47,266 nucleotides of DNA from Trichomonas gallinae (GCA_008369845.1 MRSU01010316.1:1-47266), one strand, 5' to 3'; positions 9,569 to 20,310 are shown, counted from the stretch's first letter. Program-made: numbers and translations. Notes: generated by a model not told the origin, from the sequence alone.

Positions 9569-9640
9569 TTACATTGTCATAAAATCAAATTACATGACAG
9601 AAATAAAAATTACATGACAAAAATAAATATTTACATGGCA
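9569..9640. repeat. Four phased TTACAT(G/T)-motifs (TTACATTGTCA, TTACATGACA x2, TTACATGGCA) at 20-21 bp spacing
   Basis: Copies start at 9569, 9590, 9610 and 9631, separated by A-rich spacers. They lie ~50-120 bp upstream of the IBD gene ATG. Confidence 0.8.
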
Positions 9641-9726
9641 ATATAATTGCTGCGGTTATGTGAAATGAATAAAAAAACGTTATTTTTTTAATATTCGTTA
9701 ATAAATGGAATTTTAGCTAAAAGTTT

Positions 9727-10230
9727 TTAGATAAGGAGGCAGCAGCTAGACTTGAGCTTACCATCATATGGGTCTGTGTTAGCATCGATCTGCTTGCCTG
9801 TGAGGAGCTTGTAGAGCATGGCGAATGTGATCTTGCCATTCTTCTTGCCTGTCTCCTCAACCATGAACTTATCGACCTGCTCCTGTGTAACTTCCTTTCC
9901 GCAGTACTTGTGGATAGCGATAACTTCCTTGGATTCGAGGGCCTTAGAGTGGTCCTTATCGAATGCGCGGAAGATAAGCTTGTATGTGTAGAGGTCGTCG
10001 TTGTTGACAATAGCCTTGACCATGGACATGAATTCCTCCTTTGTGACTGTGCCGGAGCCATCGATATCGATACCGCGGAACATAACGTCGGATTCTTCCT
10101 GAGTGCATTCCTTGCCCTCGAGCTCAGCGTAGAGGAGGTTGAACTCCTTTGGCTTCATCTTGCCGTCCTTGCCTGTGTCCATTTCATCGAACTTCTTCTC
10201 GAAGGCTGCGATTCTCTCGTCACTCGTCAT
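9727..10230 (-). CDS. EF-hand (calmodulin-like) protein with C-terminal CaaX-type lipidation motif (SSCCLLI)
   Basis: EF loops DTGKDGKMKPKE, DIDGSGTVTKEE and DKDHSKALESKE, with a degenerate fourth. Strong high-expression codon bias (AAG, TTC, GAG, ATC). Confidence 0.93.
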   Translation of the reverse strand: MTSDERIAAFEKKFDEMDTGKDGKMKPKEFNLLYAELEGKECTQEESDVMFRGIDIDGSGTVTKEEFMSMVKAIVNNDDLYTYKLIFRAFDKDHSKALESKEVIAIHKYCGKEVTQEQVDKFMVEETGKKNGKITFAMLYKLLTGKQIDANTDPYDGKLKSSCCLLI

Positions 10231-11990
10231 TGAGGTAAAATGGAGTTTTTGAATGCCTCCCCTTAATTTGTGGTTTACAAAATTTTCTGAACTAATAACG
10301 ATTTATTTCAACTCACTTCTATGATTAAATCTCATCTAAACACTCTAAAAGTCATTTTTAATGATTTTAAATTTGTACGTTATTTTATTTATCGTCTGTC
10401 CGTTAATTTTGTATCTAAAAAAACGTATTTATTTTTCAGAGATGTTCTGCATTTACTATTCTTGCTTTATGTGTTTTCGGTAGTTTTAAAAATTTCTTCG
10501 CTGACGCAAAATTTTCAGAAGGGTTCAATAAATGTTTTAAATAAGATATATAATATTATAAAGCAAAAATCACGGAAAAAAATTCGCAAACACAAATTAT
10601 TGAAAAGGTGCAAATTATTTTTAATAAATATCAGTGTTTTTAAATATAGAGCATATTTTTAAAAAATAAGATTGTAATGATCTCAAAAGTTCCGTACGTT
10701 TAAACAATAAAAAAATTTTATGACAAATCATTGATATTATGAAATATTTATCATAAAAAATTAATTTTGAGAGAAAACAAATGATCATAAAAAAATCAAA
10801 TATTAACGGATCATGATAGATGGCATAGTGATGCGCACGATGAATTATTGAGGAAACCTTTAAGATTTTACGTTTCCAATAGAATCAAACCGAGATTAAT
10901 CCCGTTATTAACTCTGAGTTACCTCAAATCTCAGATTCCTTTTAGCACAGTAATAAACATCCCCTGTGGTTGCATGTGTTAGCGTCCTATCGCGATATCA
11001 ATTATTTTCAACTATTTCGAACTACAGTTGAAATTTATTAGCAGTATCTGTACAGCATTTTCACTATACAAATCAAAGCTACTCGTCCTGTAGCAGCGTT
11101 TTCATTAGGGGATACTAATCAGATCTTCGAATTTTTAATCATATTGAACAACGATTATCTAATTTGATCGATTATCATGCTCTTAGGTAAAGTCAATGGC
11201 ATCATTTCGTTAAGCAATCCCTGAAAGTTACGCCTTTACCTTTATAAATCGAAATATAATTATGATATCGAGATGATTCGATCTTTTCTTTATTGCAACG
11301 AATATTTTATCTTATTACATTTTGTAGCATATAATTTTGTAATAAGAATTAGAGAGTAAGACCAATAATATTTTCGTTAAATTCGTTTATTCATTTCTAC
11401 AGGCCATAAATATAAAATTTTATAACTTGTGCTTATAAAATTTACGGATGATATTTCCTCGATGCCTTAACTTGTAATTTTATTATTTCCTACATCCAAA
11501 CTTTGAATTCGATTCTATAGTTACTGTAAATAAATTTGTTTGAGTGAATAATGTAATACTTTAATCGATTTTTCAAGCAATTCGTTTAGTTATTTTATTT
11601 TAAAAATTATACTCAAGTATGGATAAAATTATAATTTAATTGTGCTTTCTAGTAGTCAGATTGATTATATCAAAATTGTGTTCGGCTGTTATTGGTTATT
11701 TATATATCAAAATAAAATATATTAACGCATGAGGCTATTTCATTATATATTTAAGTCTGTTTCATATAGATTAACATGATTATGCATGTTTCTATCTGAA
11801 ATCTTAACTCTTAACATATGAATTAACGTCATTAACGTTTTGCTAAACGTGTTCAAAACAATAGAACTTTTGTCTTTGGTATATTTTTAATATTACTGCT
11901 ATATAACATGTGGAATGAAAAAAATTACAGATATAAGCCGAAAGTAATAATTTATTAAACAATATATAGAACAAATAGTATAGAATCCGA

Positions 11991-12992
11991 TTATGCTAAC
12001 AGGTCATCAACAGTGTAGCATATTGTTGCGGGAGGCACGATTGGGAAATCATCTTCTTCATCTTCAGATGAGGATGCAAATCTTTCAAGAGAAATAACAC
12101 CATCTTTGCTGACAAGTGCAACTGCTCCCATGTTATTCATTGAGCAATAATTTGTTGCTGAGAAAACTGTTAAGCAGACTGTGTTTCCATCCTTGTCAAC
12201 AAGGCTCTGTTCATATCCGTCTTCGCATGCTTCATGTGCGCGGATAATTGACGTGAGATTATTATCTTTCAAAAACATATTCGTCTTATCTAACGAATAG
12301 TTCTCACCTAATCCCCTTTCTGATGGTGTTGTGAGTTGGCCTGATTCCAGGTTCCTTGGATCACCCCAGACGAGATCTGTAACGATTACACTGTCGGAGC
12401 TCTTTGTGATGTTAAAACGATTAATCTGGCTGATATCGCTTAGGTGGTTGATGTGTGATGAAATACCACCGTGAACGCATAAGATTCCATTTGGTAAGAT
12501 AGCAGCTAATGGGATATATGGGAACGTTGAGGTGATTAAATCGAATGTAAGTCTTCCTTCATTGTCACCAAGTCTTTGTGTGCATTCATCTAAGAATCCA
12601 TAGACGCTGCAGATTTCGGTGAATTCATGGTTCCCACGAATCATTGTTACATAATCTGGATATAATATTTTGAGGCAAAGCAGGTATAATATTGTTTCAA
12701 TTGAGTTTGTTCCGCGATCTACGTAATCTCCAAGGAAAAGATATCTGACATTTCGAGATGGTTGGCCATATTTCCTTACAATGTAAACCAAATCGTTAAA
12801 ATTTCCGTGTAAGTCACCAACGACTACGTGATTACACTTCAAATTGGTTACAATTGTATCATCATCCTTTATGCATTCTTTAAATTTGTGTGTAATAAGC
12901 TCAATATCCTCGATGCTTGGGAGAGGGATAAATTTGGACTGTAGAGATCGTTCTAAGTTTTCGAGAACCTCTTCAACGAAGTCAATACTCAT
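11991..12992 (-). CDS. Ser/Thr protein phosphatase, PPP family (calcineurin-like metallophosphoesterase)
   Basis: GDLHG, LGDYVDRG, RGNHE, HGG, WGDP, IIRAHE and TVFSATNY motifs are all present. Confidence 0.96.
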   Translation of the reverse strand: MSIDFVEEVLENLERSLQSKFIPLPSIEDIELITHKFKECIKDDDTIVTNLKCNHVVVGDLHGNFNDLVYIVRKYGQPSRNVRYLFLGDYVDRGTNSIETILYLLCLKILYPDYVTMIRGNHEFTEICSVYGFLDECTQRLGDNEGRLTFDLITSTFPYIPLAAILPNGILCVHGGISSHINHLSDISQINRFNITKSSDSVIVTDLVWGDPRNLESGQLTTPSERGLGENYSLDKTNMFLKDNNLTSIIRAHEACEDGYEQSLVDKDGNTVCLTVFSATNYCSMNNMGAVALVSKDGVISLERFASSSEDEEDDFPIVPPATICYTVDDLLA

Positions 12993-13004
12993 GGTCGAAA
13001 ATTT

Positions 13005-13016
13005 TATGATAAAAGG
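13005..13016 (-). promoter_or_regulatory. Inr (TCATA) preceded by CCTTT (M5-like)
   Basis: Minus strand GTCACCTTTTATCATAAAATTTTCGACCATG. The Inr is 12 nt before the ATG. Confidence 0.55.
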
Positions 13017-15325
13017 TGACGCACTTTTGAGACTATAATATTTTTATCGCCTTGACAAAGTTTCGTTTGTAATTATAATCTATATCGATAGTTGAGTAGT
13101 ATTTCAGACCAAAATTCTGAATAAGTTTTTGTGCTTGATTTCAAAATCATAAAAATAATATCACAAAATATTAAATAGCGGCAGTAAACCGTATAATAAT
13201 GATCCTAATAAGATTACAATTTTCCTATTTTGGAAAAGAATATTTTCAATTGAAAATCAATTTTTGGTAATTTTAATCTATATTGATAGTCTAATAAATG
13301 TGTTTGTAAACATATTTTTGAATTTTCAATGCGTTTCTCTGCTCCTTTCAATTTGATTAATAATCAAAAATTCGAAAATATGCTTTATATATGTGTGTGC
13401 ATATTAAAATTATCAAAAAATCATGAAATTCTTTCAAAAGTTAGAATGTGATCATTTTATTTATCTCTCACTGTACAATATATATCAAGCATTTTTTATA
13501 AAATTCATGAATCTTTTTATTTTTATCAGAATTTTATAAATATTTTGTGAGTAAAAAATCCAAAATGTTCAAATATCATGTGCAGTTAGATTCAGTTAAG
13601 ATGATGTCATAATTTTGTATTTCTATCGAACTTAAAAAATTGTAATCAAATTTACTCTGTTTGAGGTTTATGATTATAACCATCATAATGTACTCATCTT
13701 AATCATCATTCTCGATGCATAAAATTAATGAAATCAATAAAATTTTTGTTTGAAAAAATTGTTAAATGTTATAATCAGCTTGTAATCGTATGAATTCTCA
13801 CGTGTTTGGCCTGTGTCAGTCATATCTCTAATGGTTTTATGGAAAGATCTATCGACCAATGAATTTTCCAGATATTTACATTTTTTCGATGTTTTATTCC
13901 ATGAATTGTAATACCAGTATTGTATATAATCGTTTTCAAACACTTGATAGGTCAGATTTCGTAGCCAGATCAAAATCAATTGATTTTACAGATTAGTGGT
14001 TCATTTCTGAATTCGTCTTATCTAAAAAGAATTAGCATCTACTACACTACAAAATGCTGAATTCGGATTCATATTTGCTGCCAATAGTATAAAATTTAAA
14101 TTCAATACATCATAGTACCTTGTTTTGCAGATATATTTGATTTATACATGTATAGCATATGATTTATCTACTGAAATAAACGCTAATACGAGAAAAAAAT
14201 TAATTTAGCTATTATTTTTAATATATACAGCGTGTAACCTGTAAATTAAGGAGTACATCAGCCAGATAAGATGGTATTATGCCAATAAACTCCAGCCAAG
14301 AAGCTTGAGTGGTGTATTTACACGTGTATAATGCACATTTAATATTAATTGGAGATATACTCCCAAAAGCTTAAATATAGCATATACACTGCAATAGGAG
14401 TAGAAATAGTAAAAGATTAACGTGAAATACTTAGGTCATAAAATTAATTAATAAGCTGATTGGTACATATAAATCCCTCATTTAAGAGATCTGTATATGA
14501 ATCGTATGCATGCGAAGAGGCAACTCAGTAAAAAGAACTCGTTGACGATAAATATATGAGGAAATTATAATATAGCGTATTTCGAGAATCTATGATTAAG
14601 TCCGTGTATACAACTGGCATTGATTAAGCACTAATTGATTAAAATACTGTAATTCGATGAATATATTTTTGCCGATTTAATATTTTTGATTGTAGTTCTT
14701 GAGATTATGAATTTAAGATTGATTACATATAACTATTATATTATCGAATAGTATTTGTATCATTTGTTATATTTTCTAATAAATTGGATAAATGAACGTA
14801 ACTATCATCGGCCAATCACACGGCTGATGAAACATGAGCACCCAAACTCATAATTAGTCGCGTTGTTGTCTGCTTTTGCTAGCTATAGTGGTTCTGTTTG
14901 CTTTGAAAAAGTAATTAACGTAATATTTTTTTTCGAAATCTAAGCGACAAGAATTCCTGAAAATTGAATATAATAAACAAATCATATTATAGATCTTATA
15001 TACTGATTTAAATTTTTTGAATTTTGCTGATTTTTCAAATTTTCACGTGAATTTTTGGAAAATTATGAGTTTATTTTATATTTTTTTGGATTTTTTGATG
15101 AAACAAAAACTAAATTCTGAATCCAAAATAGCTTATCAATAGATTTATATCCTTGTATCTGACCATATACTTGAGTTTAGCATCAAAATTTTAAAAATAT
15201 CTAAATTTCATGAAAAATTATGCCGAGATAACACTCATGTGAAATAGTTACGAGTAGGTTTTTTAAAATATAAATAATGAAGTAATGATTTATTATGATA
15301 TCTCAGAATATCGAACATTAAAAAC

Positions 15326-16489
15326 TTAGTTTCCAGATGGTGTGATCTTCTTGACGACCTCTTGGCCTTCTGGTGTAGCTGGTGTGCCAGCAGCAATCTC
15401 TCCTGGCTCTGGTGGAGAATATTGGACTGGCTGTGGAACGTTGAGGACGGAGAGTGTCTGTGTTGCGATGAAGCGGTTAGCGTTGACCTCATTAGCAATT
15501 GGTTTGTTGTTGAAGAGGAAGTTATCGTCAACCCACTTAGCTCTGATTGGTGTAAGCTTGTCGATGAGTTCTCTGATGGCAGCGTTTGGACGGATGTTCT
15601 TTGGCTCGCACTTCTCGACAGCTTTGAGGTGCTTAAGAGCCAAATCAATGAGTCCGATAGCCATGCCATCTTCATCGTTTGCCTTCTGGTCCTTAGCGAA
15701 GAAGATGCATGTGTAAGCTTGTGTGATGGCAGAAAGCTGCTCAAGCCAGTGGACGTATTGAATATCGATAACATCATTTGGTGTGCACGCCTTAATTGAA
15801 TCGAGAGCTGTCTGCATTGCTGTGTGGGATGCGTATAAAACCTTTCCGAGTGCTTTATTTGGTGTTCCGCCGAATTCACCCTTTCCAGCAATGATTGCGT
15901 AAGCCTGTCCGAGCATGAGATTCATGAGGGAGTTGAGGACAGCTGGCTGGAATTCGACTGGAGCAGAAGCCTTGTCAATCGAACGGCATCTATCGGATGC
16001 AAGATATTCGAAAATGCCAGCAGCTGTTCTAAGGTAGAGGACAGCTTGTTCTGGACGTTGAGCCTCGTATTCTTCGAAAGCCATATTGAGATAAATGATG
16101 CCCTTAAGCCAGATAATGTGGAGGGTTTCGTTTTGGCAGTAGTTTCCGGAGAATGAACGCTCGTAATACTTCTGTGTGACGATTGGGGTCTGGTTCCACT
16201 GGAATTTATGCTTCTGCGATGCTGTGATCTTTGGATTTGAAAGTTTTTCCTTTTCGATCGTAACGAAAAGAGGAAGGTACTTGTCAATGTCAGAAATTCT
16301 TGTTGAATAAGCCTGTCTGATCTTCAGGTGGTCTGCAAGCAAATCACGTGCATTCTGTGCCTGATTGATAATATCCATCTTCTCAGCAGGCCATTTTTCG
16401 AACACTTGGTCAAGCTTTACATTCTCTGTCTTCGAAACAGTCAATGTAAATAGAGGGATCTTCTCAAGGAAATGAGCATCAGCTGACAT
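15326..16489 (-). CDS. BRO1-domain protein (BROX/ALIX-like, stand-alone BRO1)
   Basis: BRO1-like segments KYLP.F, F.W, E.LHII, A..YLR.AAGIFEYL and L..L..LML.QA. It is 387 aa with no V domain. Confidence 0.82.
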   Translation of the reverse strand: MSADAHFLEKIPLFTLTVSKTENVKLDQVFEKWPAEKMDIINQAQNARDLLADHLKIRQAYSTRISDIDKYLPLFVTIEKEKLSNPKITASQKHKFQWNQTPIVTQKYYERSFSGNYCQNETLHIIWLKGIIYLNMAFEEYEAQRPEQAVLYLRTAAGIFEYLASDRCRSIDKASAPVEFQPAVLNSLMNLMLGQAYAIIAGKGEFGGTPNKALGKVLYASHTAMQTALDSIKACTPNDVIDIQYVHWLEQLSAITQAYTCIFFAKDQKANDEDGMAIGLIDLALKHLKAVEKCEPKNIRPNAAIRELIDKLTPIRAKWVDDNFLFNNKPIANEVNANRFIATQTLSVLNVPQPVQYSPPEPGEIAAGTPATPEGQEVVKKITPSGN

Positions 16490-16495
16490 TCTCGA

Positions 16496-16515
16496 AATGA
16501 CGGAAAAAGTGACGG
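16496..16515 (-). promoter_or_regulatory. Tandem Inr elements CCGTCACTT / CCGTCATTT
   Basis: Minus strand AACCGTCACTTTTTCCGTCATTTCGAGAATG. TCACT and TCATT lie 18 and 6 nt before the ATG. Confidence 0.6.
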
Positions 16516-17470
16516 TTTTTATAAAATTTCACCGGAGAAATTTTTTATTATTTATCACTCTCTATAATATATTATTATTTTTTATGAAAGATTATTCGAT
16601 TTTTATAAATTTTTGATTAAACGTATCCGTAACACTATGTACAATCTATACGCAAAAAATTTACAGTAAAATCAGATCCGTTCTGAAATTTGTGACATTT
16701 TTTTTTTTTTTTTTCGATAATTTGATTTCGTTGTCTGTGCTTTTGTAATTAGCATCAATTTTATATGTTATTTATAAATACAAAACCTTTCGCATTATTT
16801 CATAAAGATTATTCTCGCTTTTTTACTGATTTATAAATTTATTTTTTGATATAGCATCTATATTATATATAGATTCTAAAAATGAAATATTTAGTATGAA
16901 TTCTCCAAGAAAATGCTTGCATTTATACTGATTCATAGGTTTGCTTTTGTATTTAATATTGACATCATCTGTATTCAATAAAAACAAAATTCGATGCTAA
17001 AAACTCTAAAATTATTTTTCAAAAATAGAGTCGTGAATCAAATTCCTTTGGATTCTATCTTTACATAGACTGTATGATCACAGGAGTGATATTTTGATCT
17101 TAAAATTTCCAACCTTTTTTTTTAAAATTAGGATTTTGAAACTAAGCTTTTGGATACAGTTTTTAAAAGTGGAATATATTTATAAAACACAATGATTTTT
17201 TTGAAATTTATAATTACAATTTCGATAATTTTGCAATAACCTTGTCAAATTATTGGTAACCAAATTTTATCATTTCAGCTAAATTTAAATAAATTAGCCA
17301 AATTATTCATGTCAATTTAAGATCAAAATTAATTTCTTTGATTAATTATCTGAGATATGACCATATAGAGCTTGTAAATACAATTTCATTACAAAAACAT
17401 ATAATTTATAAACAATACAGATCCGCATAGGAAACAAAATAAAACAAAAAATAATATAATTTCAAAACAT

Positions 17471-18538
17471 CTAAAAATTCATAGCCTGAGCCTTCAAGGG
17501 AGGAAGTTTGAGGTAATTCAATGACCTTGGCGCTCTACGACTTGTTACTGGTGCATTTGGTGGGGCAATCTGTCCAATGCTGTTTCTCATTTTTCTAGCC
17601 CACGACCTAATCTGTTCTTTAGCATTCTGGTCTTGTATTTCGATAGCTTTTTTCTTTCGTTCGATAATTTCACTTTGACGTTCAAATTGAGCACGAATTG
17701 TTTGCCGCTTGTTTTCAGCTGCCTGCTCGAATGTTTTCACTTCAATTCTGTGTTTGTTCAATAATAACTGTTTTGCAGAATTATAATCTGTTTCCCATTT
17801 ATTCATTGCGTTTTGTGTCTCCTTCTCTTCTAGTTTATCGCCAGCATCTCTAACACGCTGGTATTCTATCATTTTACGTTGAACTAGAAGAATATCCTCT
17901 TGTCTACGCAGTTCTCGCAGCTGTCCAGACATGTGAGCGTATCTCCTCCATCTGGATTCAGATTTCCAGTCTTTTTCAAGGTTTTCTAGCTCAACTTTAT
18001 GCTTGTGTTTCATTGCGTCTCGTTGTGAATCTAATTTTTTATTGAGTTCGTCCAGTTTTTCGTTGATTTTAAGGTTTCCTCTAGCATCGAAGTTTTCAAC
18101 TTTTTGTAATTTTAGCGATAGTTGTTCTATTGCTTGTTTATTTTGATGTTTTGAATTTAAATCGATTTGTATCGTTTTTATTCTGTTAATGGCAGCTTTT
18201 ATATGTGCTGCTTCAGTAACGAATCCGTCTTTTTCTAAAATAATTACTCTGTTTTCGAGATCTTCGATTGCCAAATTAACCAAATTCAAATCGTCAGTAT
18301 TAACATCGCCACCGACAATTGCTTTCGATGCATATTTCCACGCTTCTAGCGCTCTGTCGTTATTTATTAAAGCATTGATTTGTGAAACCGGAATATTATA
18401 CGTTTTTTCAAGCTTATTCGATCTCGCTGAGGCTGCTGATGTTGATGATGTAGCCCGCGATGTCCGCGACGTTCTCGACTTAAATCCTCGCCGAGGTGCA
18501 CCATTTTGCTTCATTTTTCTAGTTTCGTTAATATTCAT
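17471..18538 (-). CDS. Hypothetical coiled-coil protein
   Basis: 355-aa ORF, helical and K/E/Q/R-rich. Contains Y...S.QL.ELR.QE..L......EY......DKLE.KE, a pattern I associate with uncharacterised protist coiled-coil families. Confidence 0.8.
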   Translation of the reverse strand: MNINETRKMKQNGAPRRGFKSRTSRTSRATSSTSAASARSNKLEKTYNIPVSQINALINNDRALEAWKYASKAIVGGDVNTDDLNLVNLAIEDLENRVIILEKDGFVTEAAHIKAAINRIKTIQIDLNSKHQNKQAIEQLSLKLQKVENFDARGNLKINEKLDELNKKLDSQRDAMKHKHKVELENLEKDWKSESRWRRYAHMSGQLRELRRQEDILLVQRKMIEYQRVRDAGDKLEEKETQNAMNKWETDYNSAKQLLLNKHRIEVKTFEQAAENKRQTIRAQFERQSEIIERKKKAIEIQDQNAKEQIRSWARKMRNSIGQIAPPNAPVTSRRAPRSLNYLKLPPLKAQAMNF

Positions 18539-18913
18539 TCACTTTTTTAAGGTTCATATTAAGGTTATAAATTAAGGTTATCATATTTTTAGAGTGATTC
18601 TGTTATTTCTCTGAGTAGTATTAATTCATCTGAGAGTGATAAAGTAGAAGTAATCGAATATTAGCTTTTACACATTTATCATGAATAAAATTAGTATGTT
18701 ACAGAGTATTTGCTCTAATAAAAATTAAATTTTTTCATATTCTGTATCACTATTGTACTTTTTTTTTCAGATGCTAATGAAGTTGATGCCATATCGTTTA
18801 ATTTTATTTTTCTTTATGCAATATAAGTAAAAAAAGCTTATGTTATTGATGATGTTTAATTTTCTGACATTTGTAAATTTATTACTTTTGAATTTTTTTT
18901 TGACATATTATGA

Positions 18914-18950
18914 ATTTTTGACATTTGTAAATTTACAAAAAGTCAAAAAT
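18914..18950. repeat. Near-perfect 37-bp palindrome in a divergent promoter, plus an upstream direct repeat of its left arm
   Basis: ATTTTTGAC-A-TTTGTAAA|TTTACAAA-AA-GTCAAAAAT. TGACATTTGTAAATTTA occurs at both 18865 and 18919. Confidence 0.75.
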
Positions 18951-18990
18951 AAAAAATCACCTTTTTATTTTTTTCACACCCTTTTTAAAA

Positions 18991-20310
18991 GTGAATTCAA
19001 TACCAAATCAGCCGCGCGCGCCAACAAGCGAACAAATATTAGCTTCGAGAAGTGACACTGCTAAGTATAAATACGATACATTCGAATCTGCTGTCAGTTG
19101 CGAAGATCAAATTAATGAGTATTTTAATAATCTTCAAAATCCTGATGAAATACACGTTGCTCTTAGAGAACTCATTATAATAATCGAATATGAACCAATT
19201 AAATTTAATCATGCACAGTTCCATCAGTTATTAGAATTAGCAATTTACCCAAATACAGAACATGTTCACAATTTAGTTATGTATTTGCTTGATAAGATTG
19301 CAATGTATCCGATGTCATTGTTAGATACACTTGTTCCCGTTGATTTTTTGAGTCTATTATTCAATCAAATACCAAATGTCAATTTACTCACTGTAATGGC
19401 TAACTATATACCAAGGCTAACTGGATTACCTAAATATCTCGTCGACTATGGAATTTTTCAATTATTAGAAGAATATATTGCGAATCCAATACCAAATGTT
19501 ACAAGCTCCTGCATAACAATCATCAAAAGATTGGCAAGATGCAATTTTGTTGACGTAAATTACATTTTTTTGTTATTTAATATAATCAAAAACGATGAAA
19601 TGCCACGAGAATTAATCAAAAAGTCCTTGAAAGCAATAGCCGTGATGTGTTATAAGGATTCGCAAACGCGAGCAATTGTTTTAGCTCAATATTTCAAAGC
19701 GGAATTAATTGAAGCAAGAAATTCATTCTTACTTGACATTTTATCAATATATTCGTACTCAATTCGGGTAGATTTTAAGCATACAGTAGCAGCAGTTCCT
19801 CCAGATGCTTTATTTCCTTATTTGACTTTGGATTCTGATGGAACAGAAGAAGGAGGGAGCCGACAATTCGCATCAGTTTTATTTTTCTATAATATATCAA
19901 AAGTTCCCTTTGGAGCTGACCTTATTTATTCGAATTCAGCGATATTAAATTCATTAATAGTAAATTTCTCTCTTCAGCGTACAAATTATCAGGTCACGAA
20001 GTTCTGCCTTAAAACATTCATGCACACACTTAATAATACCACATTAGAAGTAAATCCAAAGATATTTATGGAAAATGACTGTTTCAAGTCTTTATGCGAA
20101 CTCATCAATGAAATTTCGGAAATAAGCAACACCACAGGCCTCGATTTCATTGCAAAAGCTTTATCTGTAGCTAAAATTGCAAATCACGAAGTTTTCGAGG
20201 AGATGACCAAAACAGATGAACTCTATCAGATGGTTGATGAGTTTAACAACTCACGAAAAAGACATAATCTAACATTGATTTCAAAAATATTCGAAATCAT
20301 CGAAGAATAA
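18991..20310 (+). CDS. Helical-repeat (ARM/HEAT-like) hypothetical protein; ORF opens at GTG, first in-frame ATG only at 19279
   Basis: 439-codon ORF of amphipathic Leu/Ile-rich helices. Inr TCACA (18974) and CCTTT lie directly before AAAA-GTG. Confidence 0.72.
   Translation: MNSIPNQPRAPTSEQILASRSDTAKYKYDTFESAVSCEDQINEYFNNLQNPDEIHVALRELIIIIEYEPIKFNHAQFHQLLELAIYPNTEHVHNLVMYLLDKIAMYPMSLLDTLVPVDFLSLLFNQIPNVNLLTVMANYIPRLTGLPKYLVDYGIFQLLEEYIANPIPNVTSSCITIIKRLARCNFVDVNYIFLLFNIIKNDEMPRELIKKSLKAIAVMCYKDSQTRAIVLAQYFKAELIEARNSFLLDILSIYSYSIRVDFKHTVAAVPPDALFPYLTLDSDGTEEGGSRQFASVLFFYNISKVPFGADLIYSNSAILNSLIVNFSLQRTNYQVTKFCLKTFMHTLNNTTLEVNPKIFMENDCFKSLCELINEISEISNTTGLDFIAKALSVAKIANHEVFEEMTKTDELYQMVDEFNNSRKRHNLTLISKIFEIIEE

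Noticed and set aside
9569..9640. Interpretation of the spaced repeats as a CRISPR-like array
   Set aside because: Repeats are ~10 bp with ~10-bp low-complexity spacers, the context is eukaryotic, and there are no cas genes.
9776..9785. GCTAACACAG on the minus strand, resembling a trichomonad branch point/3' splice site
   Set aside because: It encodes A-N-T within an uninterrupted EF-hand ORF, and there is no matching 5' splice site.
10321..10662. 113-aa ORF and similar F/I/K/N-rich ORFs (18840, 39154, 39613, 39814, 47013)
   Set aside because: Composition simply mirrors AT-rich intergenic DNA; no motifs.
11232..11240. GCCTTTAC resembling U5 snRNA loop I
   Set aside because: One U short of GCCUUUUAC and has no convincing enclosing stem.
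14824..14833. CTGATGA-AAC resembling a hammerhead ribozyme core
   Set aside because: No stem II between CUGAUGA and GAAA, so the topology cannot form.
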